The position numbers were made by a program, and so were the translations under genes. Positions 49,320 to 58,514 of a DNA stretch of 64,000 bases are shown here, in pieces (position 1 is the first letter of the stretch; the number at the start of each line of letters is the position of its first letter). The notes under the pieces are model-generated. The model had not been told where the DNA came from. It worked only from the letters and a program-made list of their open reading frames with translations, and ran no database searches. Source of the stretch: Promethearchaeati archaeon (GTDB lineage: Archaea > Asgardarchaeota > Njordarchaeia > Njordarchaeales > Njordarchaeaceae); contig JALWRR010000076.1 of NCBI GenBank assembly GCA_026993975.1, positions 2,016 through 66,015 of the forward strand. Direction: 5' to 3'.

Positions 49320-52072
49320 TTCTTACCTCCAAAGTTATCCATCAGTAGCCCCATGAGTCTGGCACCACTTAGGCTTATACCTATAGTTACTCTCACTTTA
49401 CCTGGAACAATTTTATCAATTCTTTCAGGCTTTTTAACAGTATAGGTTTTTTGTGCCAGCTGTGCTAAGAAACTTGACCTATCAGTTAAGTAAATATCAA
49501 GATTGAACTTCTTAACATACTGAGATAAGTTTCTATAGACAGCAAATACATCAAGATAAAGAATATCACCTTCTACTTTGTAGTGTCTATTAGGCATAAG
49601 AGCAAGATCACCAAGAGATGTATCCATCATATCTGCTAAGTCATTAATAGTAGCAAGAGCATTAGTAATATCATCAGTCTTTCTAATCTCATTATGAATA
49701 GCTTGACTGTCACTAGTGAAGCTGTTCTTATATTTATCCATCTTAGCCTGAAGCTGATCAACTAGCCTTTCATCCCCTGTATAAAGTAGTACAAATTGCT
49801 GTAAGAAATCCATAGCTGTAAGTAAGTTAGCTAGGTTTCTTCTAGGTCTATTATCAAATATATTAGGATATTTCTGATCTAGCTCCTGATCATATCGATA
49901 ACAAACTTCAGTATATTCATTTGGTCTAACTCTCATGGCAAATTCAAGAAATAATGCTCCAATTTTTTCCACGGGGAGTTGCTTTAACTCTATCAGAGCT
50001 TTTGTGCCTTCTGGTGTATGAGTTGCTTTATCCATTTGAACTAATATAGTTCTATCTAACACTGCTCCTTCATTAAGCATCTGCTCACCAATAATGGCCA
50101 AAGGAGCAATAAAAGGAGTCTGCTCAATATCTCTTTGTGCTGTTCCTCTTGATTCAAATGTTTTATTATACGAAGCACGTATAGCTGAAGAGACCATAGC
50201 AGTCTCACTATTCTTTTTCACATTTGCTGAAGGTTTAAACTCATCAAAAACCAACGGCATTAAATTAGTAGCTGAGGCATACTTATTCATTGAAAAGGCA
50301 GTTGTAGCACTAATAGACGGAAAAGATGGATTTCTAGGTGCAAATAACCTATGCAACTGTAGCATAGTTTGAGTTTTACCTGACCCATGTATACCAGTTA
50401 CAAATAGACTTGGGCTTGTTTCATACGTAAATTGAGCATGTGGATTAAAGAAGGCATTAAAATACCAAGACATTAATGGCATAATTACCTCTGCCACGTT
50501 CATTCTAGACATCCTATCTATAACCTGAATAATCTCACTAGCACTAGGCTCTTCAGTAGAAAAGTTCAATCTAGTAAAGTTTGCTAGATTCACGTCAGTT
50601 CTAGTCTTTATAAGATCAATAGTGCCATTTAAAGATACAGAGCCTTCTGAAGTGACATAATGCCACTCATCATTTCTCCAGACCAGGCCAGTATAGTCTA
50701 TCTCATTAACCTCTTTTGGGTTACTTAAATGAGCTATTGCAAGTCTCAACATGTTCAATTCCTTTTCACTGCCCAAATACATAGTATAAAGTCCAAGTAT
50801 ATGAGTTTGAAACTGCTGTTTAGATAGTAGCACAGTAGCATCCAAAGTTTGAACACCTTCTGATCTACCATCTACAACCACTTCAATTTCTATAGACTTT
50901 GACTTATTGCCATTTGTATGCTCTCTTGTTATAATCTTATGAAGCTTGACTATAAAATTGGTCAACTTCCTATGAGGCATATTCGCATCTTCTGGAATTA
51001 TCCAATAACATCCATCTTTTATATAAACAGTATCGTGACGTTCTTCAGCCTCTTGAACCTTTATAGTACAGGCATTACAGTCTATTCTATCCACACAGCT
51101 GAGCATCATCTTACAGCCAAATTTAAACTTACTAGGATGCTCTTTAGCATAGTCATATAAGGCTCTAAAATGGTCCTCTAATGCTGCTGGAGTTCTATAC
51201 TGCGATGATCTATACTCATTAATAAAGGTTCTATTATAGCTAATAATCTGATCTATATCCCAGCCTTTAGCTATGCCATAAGATATAGCTTGCATGGTTA
51301 GAAGATTACTATTTACATTTGACTTTACATCTTGATTTCTAGCAAGTTTAACTACACACTCAGGAGTCTCTGTTTCTTTAATAACATTATCAGGAACAGG
51401 TTCTGTTACTTTTGCTAGGTCTACTACCTTCTTTGTAGACATAAACCAAGACGTAAGTAATTGATTCTTAGCTACTTTATTAAACTTTGGTGGAACAGGC
51501 CCAGGTTGCTTAACTCTTTCAATTATAGTATCAATGTCTATAGTATCAAAATCTGGTAACCAAACTTTGTAATTGCCATTTTCTCTTTGCACGTTTACAC
51601 GACGCCACTGTCTACCTTTTCCAGTAGAATATACGCCCATGTCGATATGTAGATGCTCACCTACATCCTGCTTAATTCTAGCAGCCATAGTTCTGTATCT
51701 AAGCGGCAGTCCTGGTCTAAACTTATTATCCATGTATAAATAAGGATTTAGTTCAAAATGAAAACCTTTACCACCTGAAGCATATACCCTATAGTCTAGG
51801 TCTGTTCCAAAGTTTTGCTTAAAGTAGAGAACAATATCCCTCATATCAGCAAATGCATCTCTAAGGTCTTCTGAGTCTATATCAATATAAAATGGGCCCC
51901 AGTACTCTTGTTCAACTCCAGCTGCTTCAGCATCTTCAGCTCTATATTTTACATAAAGAACTGACTCATATTTAGCATTAGCTGGTATTTGTTCTTCAGG
52001 TACACACTGCCATTTGTCTTTATGGTCTACGTGATAGTATTTCAACATAGGCAGATTCCTTGGAGTAGCCAC
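49316..52072 (-). CDS. Primase-polymerase / D5-like SF3 helicase fusion (918 aa).
   Basis: C-terminal Walker A VTGIHGSGKTQT and Walker B VFDEF. Large N-terminal domain. Position next to the helicase and polymerase genes. Confidence 0.7.
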   Translation of the reverse strand: MATPRNLPMLKYYHVDHKDKWQCVPEEQIPANAKYESVLYVKYRAEDAEAAGVEQEYWGPFYIDIDSEDLRDAFADMRDIVLYFKQNFGTDLDYRVYASGGKGFHFELNPYLYMDNKFRPGLPLRYRTMAARIKQDVGEHLHIDMGVYSTGKGRQWRRVNVQRENGNYKVWLPDFDTIDIDTIIERVKQPGPVPPKFNKVAKNQLLTSWFMSTKKVVDLAKVTEPVPDNVIKETETPECVVKLARNQDVKSNVNSNLLTMQAISYGIAKGWDIDQIISYNRTFINEYRSSQYRTPAALEDHFRALYDYAKEHPSKFKFGCKMMLSCVDRIDCNACTIKVQEAEERHDTVYIKDGCYWIIPEDANMPHRKLTNFIVKLHKIITREHTNGNKSKSIEIEVVVDGRSEGVQTLDATVLLSKQQFQTHILGLYTMYLGSEKELNMLRLAIAHLSNPKEVNEIDYTGLVWRNDEWHYVTSEGSVSLNGTIDLIKTRTDVNLANFTRLNFSTEEPSASEIIQVIDRMSRMNVAEVIMPLMSWYFNAFFNPHAQFTYETSPSLFVTGIHGSGKTQTMLQLHRLFAPRNPSFPSISATTAFSMNKYASATNLMPLVFDEFKPSANVKKNSETAMVSSAIRASYNKTFESRGTAQRDIEQTPFIAPLAIIGEQMLNEGAVLDRTILVQMDKATHTPEGTKALIELKQLPVEKIGALFLEFAMRVRPNEYTEVCYRYDQELDQKYPNIFDNRPRRNLANLLTAMDFLQQFVLLYTGDERLVDQLQAKMDKYKNSFTSDSQAIHNEIRKTDDITNALATINDLADMMDTSLGDLALMPNRHYKVEGDILYLDVFAVYRNLSQYVKKFNLDIYLTDRSSFLAQLAQKTYTVKKPERIDKIVPGKVRVTIGISLSGARLMGLLMDNFGGKK

Positions 52073-52253
52073 TTTCTATAAGTTCTTTATATATCAAAAG
52101 CTCATCTAATGCCTGATCTGAATACAATCCTTTTCCTATATTTCCAGGAATAACACCTTTCTTGGCTTTTATACCCAAGTCTGCACAGATATTATAAATG
52201 GTAGGTTTACTGTATCCAGTCTTTTCTACTAAGTCTTCAATCGTCAAAGACAT
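52020..52253 (-). CDS. Small HTH DNA-binding protein (77 aa).
   Basis: LTIEDLVEKTGYSKPTIYNI HTH-like segment. Confidence 0.5.
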   Translation of the reverse strand: MSLTIEDLVEKTGYSKPTIYNICADLGIKAKKGVIPGNIGKGLYSDQALDELLIYKELIESGYSKESAYVEILSRRP

Positions 52254-52809
52254 TTACTAAACTCCCTGGAACTATTTTAGTGCTATAGAAGACTTCCAAT
52301 TCATCATAAATTTCTGTGTAAGACTTACCATATAATGGCTCTAGATATGTGTTATCTTCTTTGCCATTCCAATCTTTTAAATACTTTCCTTCACGATAGC
52401 CATAGTCTTGACGAAGTTGATTTAATGCTTGTTTAGCAGTGATTACATCTACATATTTCTGATCACTTGCTAAAATAGAGTAGGCAATATCAATATACTT
52501 TCTGGAAGCAAGAAGATTAATGATAGTTTCTACAAGTTCAAAGTCATTACAAGGTAAGTCTACTACCTTAGAAGGCTTATCTATTTTGTCATCATAATAG
52601 GCTATATTAATAGCAAAAACAGCGATATCAATCAATTCGATTTCAATATTCTCTGCATCTCGTTCACTAGGCTTCCAAGTAAATACACCCATGCTATCTA
52701 TCATCTCACCTAATTCTGCTACTAAAGCCAAATACATCTCGGCTTTATTGGAATTCATATTCTCCTGAAACTCAAACTGTCGTCTGATGACTTCGGATAT
52801 TGTATTCAT
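52237..52809 (-). CDS. MazG-like / all-alpha NTP pyrophosphohydrolase candidate (190 aa).
   Basis: Acidic EE/ExxD helix pattern (ALVAELGEMIDS ... ENIEIELIDIAVF). The assignment is tentative. Confidence 0.4.
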   Translation of the reverse strand: MNTISEVIRRQFEFQENMNSNKAEMYLALVAELGEMIDSMGVFTWKPSERDAENIEIELIDIAVFAINIAYYDDKIDKPSKVVDLPCNDFELVETIINLLASRKYIDIAYSILASDQKYVDVITAKQALNQLRQDYGYREGKYLKDWNGKEDNTYLEPLYGKSYTEIYDELEVFYSTKIVPGSLVNVFDD

Positions 52810-52855
52810 TTGATTACCTTTAGTATAAAATTGATTTCACTTTAGTAGTAGAATT

Positions 52856-52877
52856 AAAAAGCCGGGTTATCCCCGGC
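52856..52877 (-). terminator. Rho-independent terminator for the upstream minus-strand gene.
   Basis: On the minus strand: GCCGGG-GATAA-CCCGGC followed by TTTTTAATT. Confidence 0.6.
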
Positions 52878-53029
52878 ATAGACACCCTAAATCCCATTAG
52901 GAGGTTCCGGAAATACTCCACAACAAGAACAGTTTCTTAGGAGGTTTGCTATGGAAATATTATCCGAAATTGGCAATGGCGATACGACTTCGTCATCTTT
53001 ACCGTCGTCACGTGACCGGCCAGGAAAGT

Positions 53030-53482
53030 TTACTCTTCGCCTTCAGCCGCGGGAGCTTCTTCCTCTTCTTTTTTCTTTGTCTTCTTGGCACGAGCCACGT
53101 AAGGCTTGCCTTTAGACTTCAGCCAGTTGCTATACCAAGCAATACTATTTGCAGTGGTCTCAACACCATGAGTTTCTTTCAGGTATTTAGCCAGCTCAGG
53201 GTAACTCAGGTGAGCAAGAGACTCGTCCTGAAGCACCTGAATGGTGAAATACGCTTTGGTATTAGGATTCTCGCCCAGAGTCCGTCGCTTGGACTTCTTG
53301 ACAATGTTTCCTTCCTCATCACGAGCAAAGCCATTCTCACCCAGGAACTCATCGAGCTCCTCCTCTTTTCCATCTTCATAGAGTTTGGTAGCGATTTTCT
53401 CGAGGAGTACCTCTTTTGTATCTTTATCATCTACCTCAATGCCCAGTCCAGCAGCTTTAGCCACTAATTGAGTTTTTGTCAT
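53030..53482 (-). CDS. Basic/acidic DNA-binding-like protein (150 aa). Rho-N/SAP-like N-terminus, KKK-EEEE tail.
   Basis: ORF with upstream TTGCGTTATAAT promoter-like sequence and a downstream terminator. Confidence 0.5.
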   Translation of the reverse strand: MTKTQLVAKAAGLGIEVDDKDTKEVLLEKIATKLYEDGKEEELDEFLGENGFARDEEGNIVKKSKRRTLGENPNTKAYFTIQVLQDESLAHLSYPELAKYLKETHGVETTANSIAWYSNWLKSKGKPYVARAKKTKKKEEEEAPAAEGEE

Positions 53483-53513
53483 CTGTGTATCCTTTCATTT
53501 TTGATGTAAAATT

Positions 53514-53526
53514 ATTATAACGCAAG
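53514..53526 (-). promoter_or_regulatory. Promoter-like CTTGCGTTATAAT, a degenerate member of the CTTGTGRTATAAT family.
   Basis: About 30 nt upstream of the 53482 start. Confidence 0.35.
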
Positions 53527-53538
53527 TATTCTTAAATT

Positions 53539-53769
53539 TCACCCTTTTTCTTTTCTGCGAGTACGAAATTCTTGCAGAAACCTAATTATTGCTTCCCAGT
53601 TATCACTAGCTCTTTCTTCATCACTGTAATACCATGTTGATGTCCCTCCTTGTTTTGTGGTAAATACAATTTTATCTCCATAAAGATCAATAGCATAAAT
53701 CTCATGAAGATCAATAGCTCTACTTACATATAAATCAGTAAACCAAAGCATCACATACCTGCCCAACAC
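53539..53769 (-). CDS. Hypothetical protein (76 aa).
   Basis: ORF. Confidence 0.45.
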   Translation of the reverse strand: MLGRYVMLWFTDLYVSRAIDLHEIYAIDLYGDKIVFTTKQGGTSTWYYSDEERASDNWEAIIRFLQEFRTRRKEKG

Positions 53770-54005
53770 TTAAAGATAAACTTAGCATTTTCCAATGTAA
53801 GTTCATCAAATTCTTTGACCATGTACATTGGTGCCTCAAACATATTGAAATAGCCATTGGCTCTGGCATCATCTAGCCAGTCCCAATACTCAGGAAGATT
53901 TTCTTCCCAGTAGGCTAGTTCTACACAATCATGAAGTGCTTGTTCAATTGTTCTCATAATAACTGCTCCAATAGACATTGTTCTGGTGTTTTGTCTTCCC
54001 GCCAA
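53751..54005 (-). CDS. Hypothetical protein (84 aa; an internal start is likely).
   Basis: ORF. Confidence 0.4.
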   Translation of the reverse strand: MAGRQNTRTMSIGAVIMRTIEQALHDCVELAYWEENLPEYWDWLDDARANGYFNMFEAPMYMVKEFDELTLENAKFIFKCWAGM

Positions 54006-54883
54006 CGAATAAAGCGTGGATGACGTAGCTGCTTGTTCTTAGTCACTTCATTATACTTAACCTCGCATACACGGTTTTTGAGCTTATGCTCTAAAGCAAG
54101 GTTAGTCATCTCCCGTCGTTCAGCATCTGTCATGCCTGAGCATTTACCAATAGGAAAGATCATATCATTGCTCATAACAGCGAGTTCAAGTGCACCAATC
54201 ATGCCCTCATACTTACCTTTTCCAGGAGTTGCTCCAAGAATAAAGGCATCGACTGTATCTTCTTTCTTTACTTTGATCCAGTCTTTACCATATTTGGCAA
54301 CCCTATTGTCTTTGAGCATGATACCTTCACCGCCTTGCTCCTCTACTACGTAATTCCACATTGACTCAATATCAGCAGTATGTTTTGGAACAGCAAGACC
54401 AGAGTCAGTATAGTGAACTGTGTCTCCTTCACTGAATCCAGATAAGATATCATAGATCCTAGCTTTTCTTTTTAGGTATGGTAAAAGCTGCATGTCCATA
54501 TCACCATACCACTGAATATCGAAGATAACATAGTGAGCTGGCTTTGCAGAAGGATTATAACCCTTTGTACCCATTACACTACGTGCAAGCTCCCAGCGCT
54601 TTTCCCGTGGCTCATGAATGTGGACGATTTCGCCATCAAACACGGTTCCAACAGGCACATCTGGAAGTGCCTCAATGATATAAGGAATGTTATCGGCTCT
54701 ATCAATGCCATTTCTTGACAAAGCAACCCAACCATTTTCTGTTAGCTCAAGACCAAATCTTGAACCATCAAACTTCTCCTCTGCAAAGACTTCTCCATTT
54801 TGCAGAAAAGAAGCACCTTCGATATTGATTGCCTTCGCTGCTTTGGCGAATTTAAACCGGTGTGCCATCTGGTACCACCTCAA
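53954..54883 (-). CDS. ATP-dependent DNA ligase.
   Basis: Motif I EEKFDGSR (KxDGxR), motif IV-like EGIMLK, and DWIKVK. Confidence 0.8.
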   Translation of the reverse strand: MRWYQMAHRFKFAKAAKAINIEGASFLQNGEVFAEEKFDGSRFGLELTENGWVALSRNGIDRADNIPYIIEALPDVPVGTVFDGEIVHIHEPREKRWELARSVMGTKGYNPSAKPAHYVIFDIQWYGDMDMQLLPYLKRKARIYDILSGFSEGDTVHYTDSGLAVPKHTADIESMWNYVVEEQGGEGIMLKDNRVAKYGKDWIKVKKEDTVDAFILGATPGKGKYEGMIGALELAVMSNDMIFPIGKCSGMTDAERREMTNLALEHKLKNRVCEVKYNEVTKNKQLRHPRFIRWREDKTPEQCLLEQLL

Positions 54884-55082
54884 TATACATTTCTACTATA
54901 GCCTCTTCAAAGCCATAGAGTGTTTTACAGCCACAGCAATAGCAAGTATATTCACGAGCATCAGGCTCAGCAAACTGACCGATCTCACCACAATTGAGAC
55001 AAATACCCTGTCTTCCATCTGTAAAGAGATCATCAGCATATGATTCCTTAATTGTCCATGTTCTTTTTCTACATTTTTCCAT
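54852..55082 (-). CDS. Zinc-ribbon protein (76 aa).
   Basis: CLNCG...CYCCGC cysteine pairs. First gene after promoter repeat copy 1. Confidence 0.5.
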   Translation of the reverse strand: MEKCRKRTWTIKESYADDLFTDGRQGICLNCGEIGQFAEPDAREYTCYCCGCKTLYGFEEAIVEMYIEVVPDGTPV

Positions 55083-55087
55083 GTAAC

Positions 55088-55121
55088 CTCCTTTTCATTT
55101 ATAAATATATTATATCACAAG
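55088..55121 (-). promoter_or_regulatory. Conserved 34-bp promoter + leader + RBS element, copy 1. Contains the extended -10 CTTGTGATATAAT.
   Basis: Identical 34-mer at 57531-57564. TGnTATAAT lies 27 nt upstream of the ATG. AAGGAG RBS. Confidence 0.6.
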
Positions 55122-55319
55122 TGTTTTATCCTGTGACTCTAAAGACACTTTATGGTCATTTATCATCATAATAAGCCCACGGGGAGCACACATGATTTGA
55201 CTGCCATGTCTAAACCACACCATAGTTTTATCATAGTCTACTACAGTTCCAGATATTCCAGACAGTAGTGTGATTTTATCGCCGTCATTCAGGGTCAATG
55301 TCATTTTTGATTCTTTCAA
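55110..55319 (-). CDS. Hypothetical protein (69 aa).
   Basis: ORF. Confidence 0.4.
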   Translation of the reverse strand: MKESKMTLTLNDGDKITLLSGISGTVVDYDKTMVWFRHGSQIMCAPRGLIMMINDHKVSLESQDKTLVI

Positions 55320-55512
55320 GTTCGTCCCTTAGTACATTCATAAATTCAATAACCTCATAAGTCTTGATAGACTCATCAGCATCCATTGCAGTGATTTCAA
55401 AGATCTCCTCTACTGCAAGTAGTCCACCAATGATAGCTACTTCATTTACCAATGTATGTAGGCTATCTGGAGTTTCATTCAGTATATGTTCAAGTTTTTC
55501 AAAAAAAGCCAT
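55285..55512 (-). CDS. Acidic hypothetical protein (75 aa).
   Basis: ORF; E/D-rich. Confidence 0.4.
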   Translation of the reverse strand: MAFFEKLEHILNETPDSLHTLVNEVAIIGGLLAVEEIFEITAMDADESIKTYEVIEFMNVLRDELERIKNDIDPE

Positions 55513-55822
55513 CTAGTTCCTCCTCAGTAAATGGTATATCTTTAAACCGACATTCAGGCACATATGATTTAATTTTAGCCCCTTGTTTATTCCAATACAT
55601 TACTGCATCAGGAACTACATCATATACATAAATGTCGTGAAACCTCTTTAGCCACTCCCAAAACCTTACGGCTTTTCGATAGTCTGGGTCAATAAATACG
55701 TGTCTAATAGATATAATACCATCATCAATAGACATTTCGATATTGCCAACGGTATTGCCATTGAAGAGAATAGCATAGTGTTTCCAGGGATAAGTATTCC
55801 CAATATATTTTAGCTTAAGCAT
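55499..55822 (-). CDS. Hypothetical protein (107 aa).
   Basis: ORF. Confidence 0.4.
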   Translation of the reverse strand: MLKLKYIGNTYPWKHYAILFNGNTVGNIEMSIDDGIISIRHVFIDPDYRKAVRFWEWLKRFHDIYVYDVVPDAVMYWNKQGAKIKSYVPECRFKDIPFTEEELDGFF

Positions 55823-56003
55823 ACCATTTACTCACCTTTTCGTATTCTACAACTGTCTTGACATAACCTAGACTCTTTAAAACTTCACAAAGAAGTTCAT
55901 CTGCTTCTAAATGCTGAACTTCAATGTCATCTTTGAACATCTCTCTGATTTCTTTCAGTTTTTTTGCAACTTCCAGATCGCTCATCCCAGATTTTCTTTC
56001 CAT
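55815..56003 (-). CDS. Hypothetical helical protein (62 aa).
   Basis: ORF. Confidence 0.4.
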   Translation of the reverse strand: MERKSGMSDLEVAKKLKEIREMFKDDIEVQHLEADELLCEVLKSLGYVKTVVEYEKVSKWYA

Positions 56004-56087
56004 TTTTATACCTTTCTACGACTACTTTTTTTCCATTACGATAAACGTAAACCTCATCTGAAACAGTTACACCAACTGCATAGCTCA

Positions 56088-56258
56088 TTATACCTCCTTT
56101 TTATAGAATTTCTCTAACCAATTATTTAGTTCTACTAGATCACTTACACAGTATTTCTTACTCCTAGTATACTCAGTATACCAAATTAAAAATCCATTCT
56201 CAATAGGTTCAATTTGTATATGGCCATTGCCATTGCTATTATGTGCCCTATACTTCAC
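56088..56258 (-). CDS. Tiny protein (56 aa, GTG start), contains HNSNGNGH.
   Basis: GGAGG RBS. TAG/GTG and TAATG overlaps with its neighbours. Confidence 0.3.
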   Translation of the reverse strand: MKYRAHNSNGNGHIQIEPIENGFLIWYTEYTRSKKYCVSDLVELNNWLEKFYKKEV

Positions 56259-56428
56259 TAGCCCCTCCTATATACAGTTATTGCATTGTTTTCAAACATT
56301 ATTTCCACTAGCTTAATACCATTTAATGGATAAGGTACTCCATCTATATGAAGAATATCATTTTTTATGTATACCCGTCTAGCCTCCCGCCACTCTTGTC
56401 CAGTTTCTGATTCTACATATAGTAACAT
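56258..56428 (-). CDS. Tiny protein (56 aa).
   Basis: The ATG overlaps the upstream stop (TAATG). Confidence 0.3.
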   Translation of the reverse strand: MLLYVESETGQEWREARRVYIKNDILHIDGVPYPLNGIKLVEIMFENNAITVYRRG

Positions 56429-56637
56429 TACAGTGTTCCCTCCCAGTAATTTTTATCTTCATATACTATTTGGTAGTAGAAACTACTAATAGCAAGCCAA
56501 GTCAAGCAGTCGATATCAAACCCATACTTAGGCTGCTCGTACAGTACTAAAGTAGGAGTCAACTGCCTATCGTGAATCTCTTGAGCTGTTTGCTTAAGAT
56601 TTCCGTAGTACGCAAGTTCAAATAAGTCCCTCATCAT
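56428..56637 (-). CDS. Hypothetical protein (69 aa).
   Basis: ORF. Confidence 0.45.
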   Translation of the reverse strand: MMRDLFELAYYGNLKQTAQEIHDRQLTPTLVLYEQPKYGFDIDCLTWLAISSFYYQIVYEDKNYWEGTL

Positions 56638-56971
56638 ATCTCCTTTCAGCTATATCAGCCGCGTCCATTTCTGCTTGTTTATTGACCCAGTCAGCATAAA
56701 GCTCCTCCTCGAGAGTATAATGCTGAGAATTAACTTGTTTATCAAGCCATTCAGAAACAAGCTCAAAAGCAGTTTCCTGATTGTTATCATACCAGTCTTC
56801 TACAAAGTCATTCCATTCATCGTCTGAATCGGTTGCAAAATGCATAGAAGACACTTGCTCCAAATAGTCAGAAGCGATTTCCAGTACTTTATCTGGATTA
56901 TAGGATATCCAATCCTCTACAAACTGCTCCCAAACTTCTTTTGACTCCCAGTAGTCATCATAGTCTTTCAT
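56618..56971 (-). CDS. Highly acidic Trp-rich protein (117 aa, net charge about -27). DNA-mimic / anti-restriction candidate.
   Basis: Start moved to MKDYDD (GGAGG RBS). Contains an internal duplication EQFVEDWISYNPDKVLEIASDYL / NDFVEDWYDNNQETAFELVSEWL. Confidence 0.45.
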   Translation of the reverse strand: MKDYDDYWESKEVWEQFVEDWISYNPDKVLEIASDYLEQVSSMHFATDSDDEWNDFVEDWYDNNQETAFELVSEWLDKQVNSQHYTLEEELYADWVNKQAEMDAADIAERRYDEGLI

Positions 56972-57175
56972 AACTGTAACCTCCATTTCTGATATATTTA
57001 TGAAAATACTGTCCCTTGCTGTCTGCATCCAAAAGATCTTTGAATACATTGTAAGGCACATCACTATACTTATAGAGCCCCCCACTTTTAAACTCTATGT
57101 AGAGCTCCTCTTTTTCCTCGTCGTAACCAGCTGCAGCGAGATTACTGCTCTCTACAGGGATCATTTCAGGCATCA
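56958..57175 (-). CDS. KTSC-domain protein (72 aa).
   Basis: SSNLAAAGYD...LYIEFKSGGLYKYSDVPYNVFKDLLDADSKGQYF pattern. Start moved to the MM at 57175, which has an AAGGAGG RBS. Confidence 0.5.
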
Positions 57176-57525
57176 TTAAGCATTCCCTCCTTTGCACAAA
57201 GTTTATGAAGCTCAGATACTTCAATAACAAAATAGTCTATAAGAAGATCAATTATACCATCTCTGAAATCTTGAAGTTCAGACTCAGAAGGTTCTTCGCC
57301 ATTTTCATTAAGATTAGTAGCATCAGTGAACCTACAATCGTCAATAACTACTGCAGCTGGATAAAAGTCGTAAAGGAGAATTTTCTCATAGTACTTTGCC
57401 AACGCCTCTTTTATTGAATCAGCTTCAATCATAGCACTCATTGAGTAACTATTAACATGAGCCACTTCTCCTTCTTTGAAGTTATCCTGGTAAATTTCAT
57501 GCCAGGATTCAATGTAATACTTCAT
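57166..57525 (-). CDS. Acidic hypothetical protein (119 aa). First gene after promoter repeat copy 2.
   Basis: ORF plus conserved promoter/RBS element. Confidence 0.5.
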   Translation of the reverse strand: MKYYIESWHEIYQDNFKEGEVAHVNSYSMSAMIEADSIKEALAKYYEKILLYDFYPAAVVIDDCRFTDATNLNENGEEPSESELQDFRDGIIDLLIDYFVIEVSELHKLCAKEGMLNDA

Positions 57526-57530
57526 TTTGA

Positions 57531-57564
57531 CTCCTTTTCATTTATAAATATATTATATCACAAG
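57531..57564 (-). promoter_or_regulatory. Conserved 34-bp promoter + leader + RBS element, copy 2 (CTTGTGATATAAT).
   Basis: Identical to 55088-55121. Confidence 0.6.
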
Positions 57565-57676
57565 AAAATTAAAAATATACTTAAAATCTGAGAATCATAC
57601 GAAGGAAAATAAAATTAGTGAAATAAGAAACGAATAGTAGTAGTTAGCAGAAAATAACCAAAAAACGGTTATTTTC

Positions 57677-57883
57677 TCAAGATAGAGTATTTATACTTAT
57701 TAGATCTTTATCATAGTCTAATTTACATTGTAATCTCTTTTCAATATAGTCAATTGCAGCGTCAAAGTTTGCTACATGAATCCACTGTAGACGACTATCT
57801 ATAACTTCACCTACCATGCACCAAATACTTTCACCGTGCCTTATTAAAAATGTATGGCCATTTTTAACTACTTTATCAAGCAT
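57677..57883 (-). CDS. Hypothetical protein (68 aa).
   Basis: ORF. Confidence 0.4.
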   Translation of the reverse strand: MLDKVVKNGHTFLIRHGESIWCMVGEVIDSRLQWIHVANFDAAIDYIEKRLQCKLDYDKDLISINTLS

Positions 57884-58404
57884 TTTACAGTATCCCTATA
57901 AGCTTTATAAACTTCTTTTCCATATTTAGTTTTGTGAGCAGCAAAGAAGGGTTCTCCAAGAACACAAACACTTTTACCGCGACATAAGAATCCTCCACCA
58001 CGCTCACTTTTAGTACACTTCTTGATTCCACGATCCTTATTATCTAGGTATTTATTGAAATTGTTATTCAAAATTTCAGCTACTTTCTTTCCAGCCTTAG
58101 AGCAATAAAGAACTTCATGACCATCAACTGCGGGATTTCCAGCTGCATTGAAGTGCATAGAAATAGAGTAATCAGCGCCCCATGCATCAATACGTTTATG
58201 CAGTTCTTTCATCTTCTCACTATAGCCACCAGGCCCAGTTTTACGATAAAAGATTTTGGTATTGTTAGGAAATTTTTTATGAAGTTTCTTAGCAAGTTTA
58301 TTATTGTACTCCCATTCACTTTCGCCATCATTACCGACTGCACCTTGATTATCTTTACGGTGCCCAACAACTAGAGCTATTTTAGTCATTTGTAAACCTT
58401 TCAT
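57868..58404 (-). CDS. N-acetylmuramoyl-L-alanine amidase (Amidase_3-like) endolysin. The alternative start at 58389 (MTKIALVV) is likely.
   Basis: ALVVGHRKDNQGA, ISMHFNA and E..F motifs. Adjacent to the spanins and membrane proteins. Confidence 0.7.
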   Translation of the reverse strand: MKGLQMTKIALVVGHRKDNQGAVGNDGESEWEYNNKLAKKLHKKFPNNTKIFYRKTGPGGYSEKMKELHKRIDAWGADYSISMHFNAAGNPAVDGHEVLYCSKAGKKVAEILNNNFNKYLDNKDRGIKKCTKSERGGGFLCRGKSVCVLGEPFFAAHKTKYGKEVYKAYRDTVKCLIK

Positions 58405-58514
58405 TGTATTCTTTAATTTGCTGATTCAACTTATCATTAGCAGATTTTAATTCATTGACATACCTTATGAGCTCTTTAAAATCTTTGAGACTCATAACTA
58501 CCTCTTTTAAATCC

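Noticed and set aside
52946-53467. Plus-strand ORF of 173 aa, and a 53-codon plus-strand frame starting at 52951 behind a duplicated AGGAGG.
   Set aside because: Both are antisense to the well-formed minus-strand gene 53030-53482, and their translations look nonsensical. The AGGAGG copies belong to a relic of the early intercistronic element next to a minus-strand terminator.
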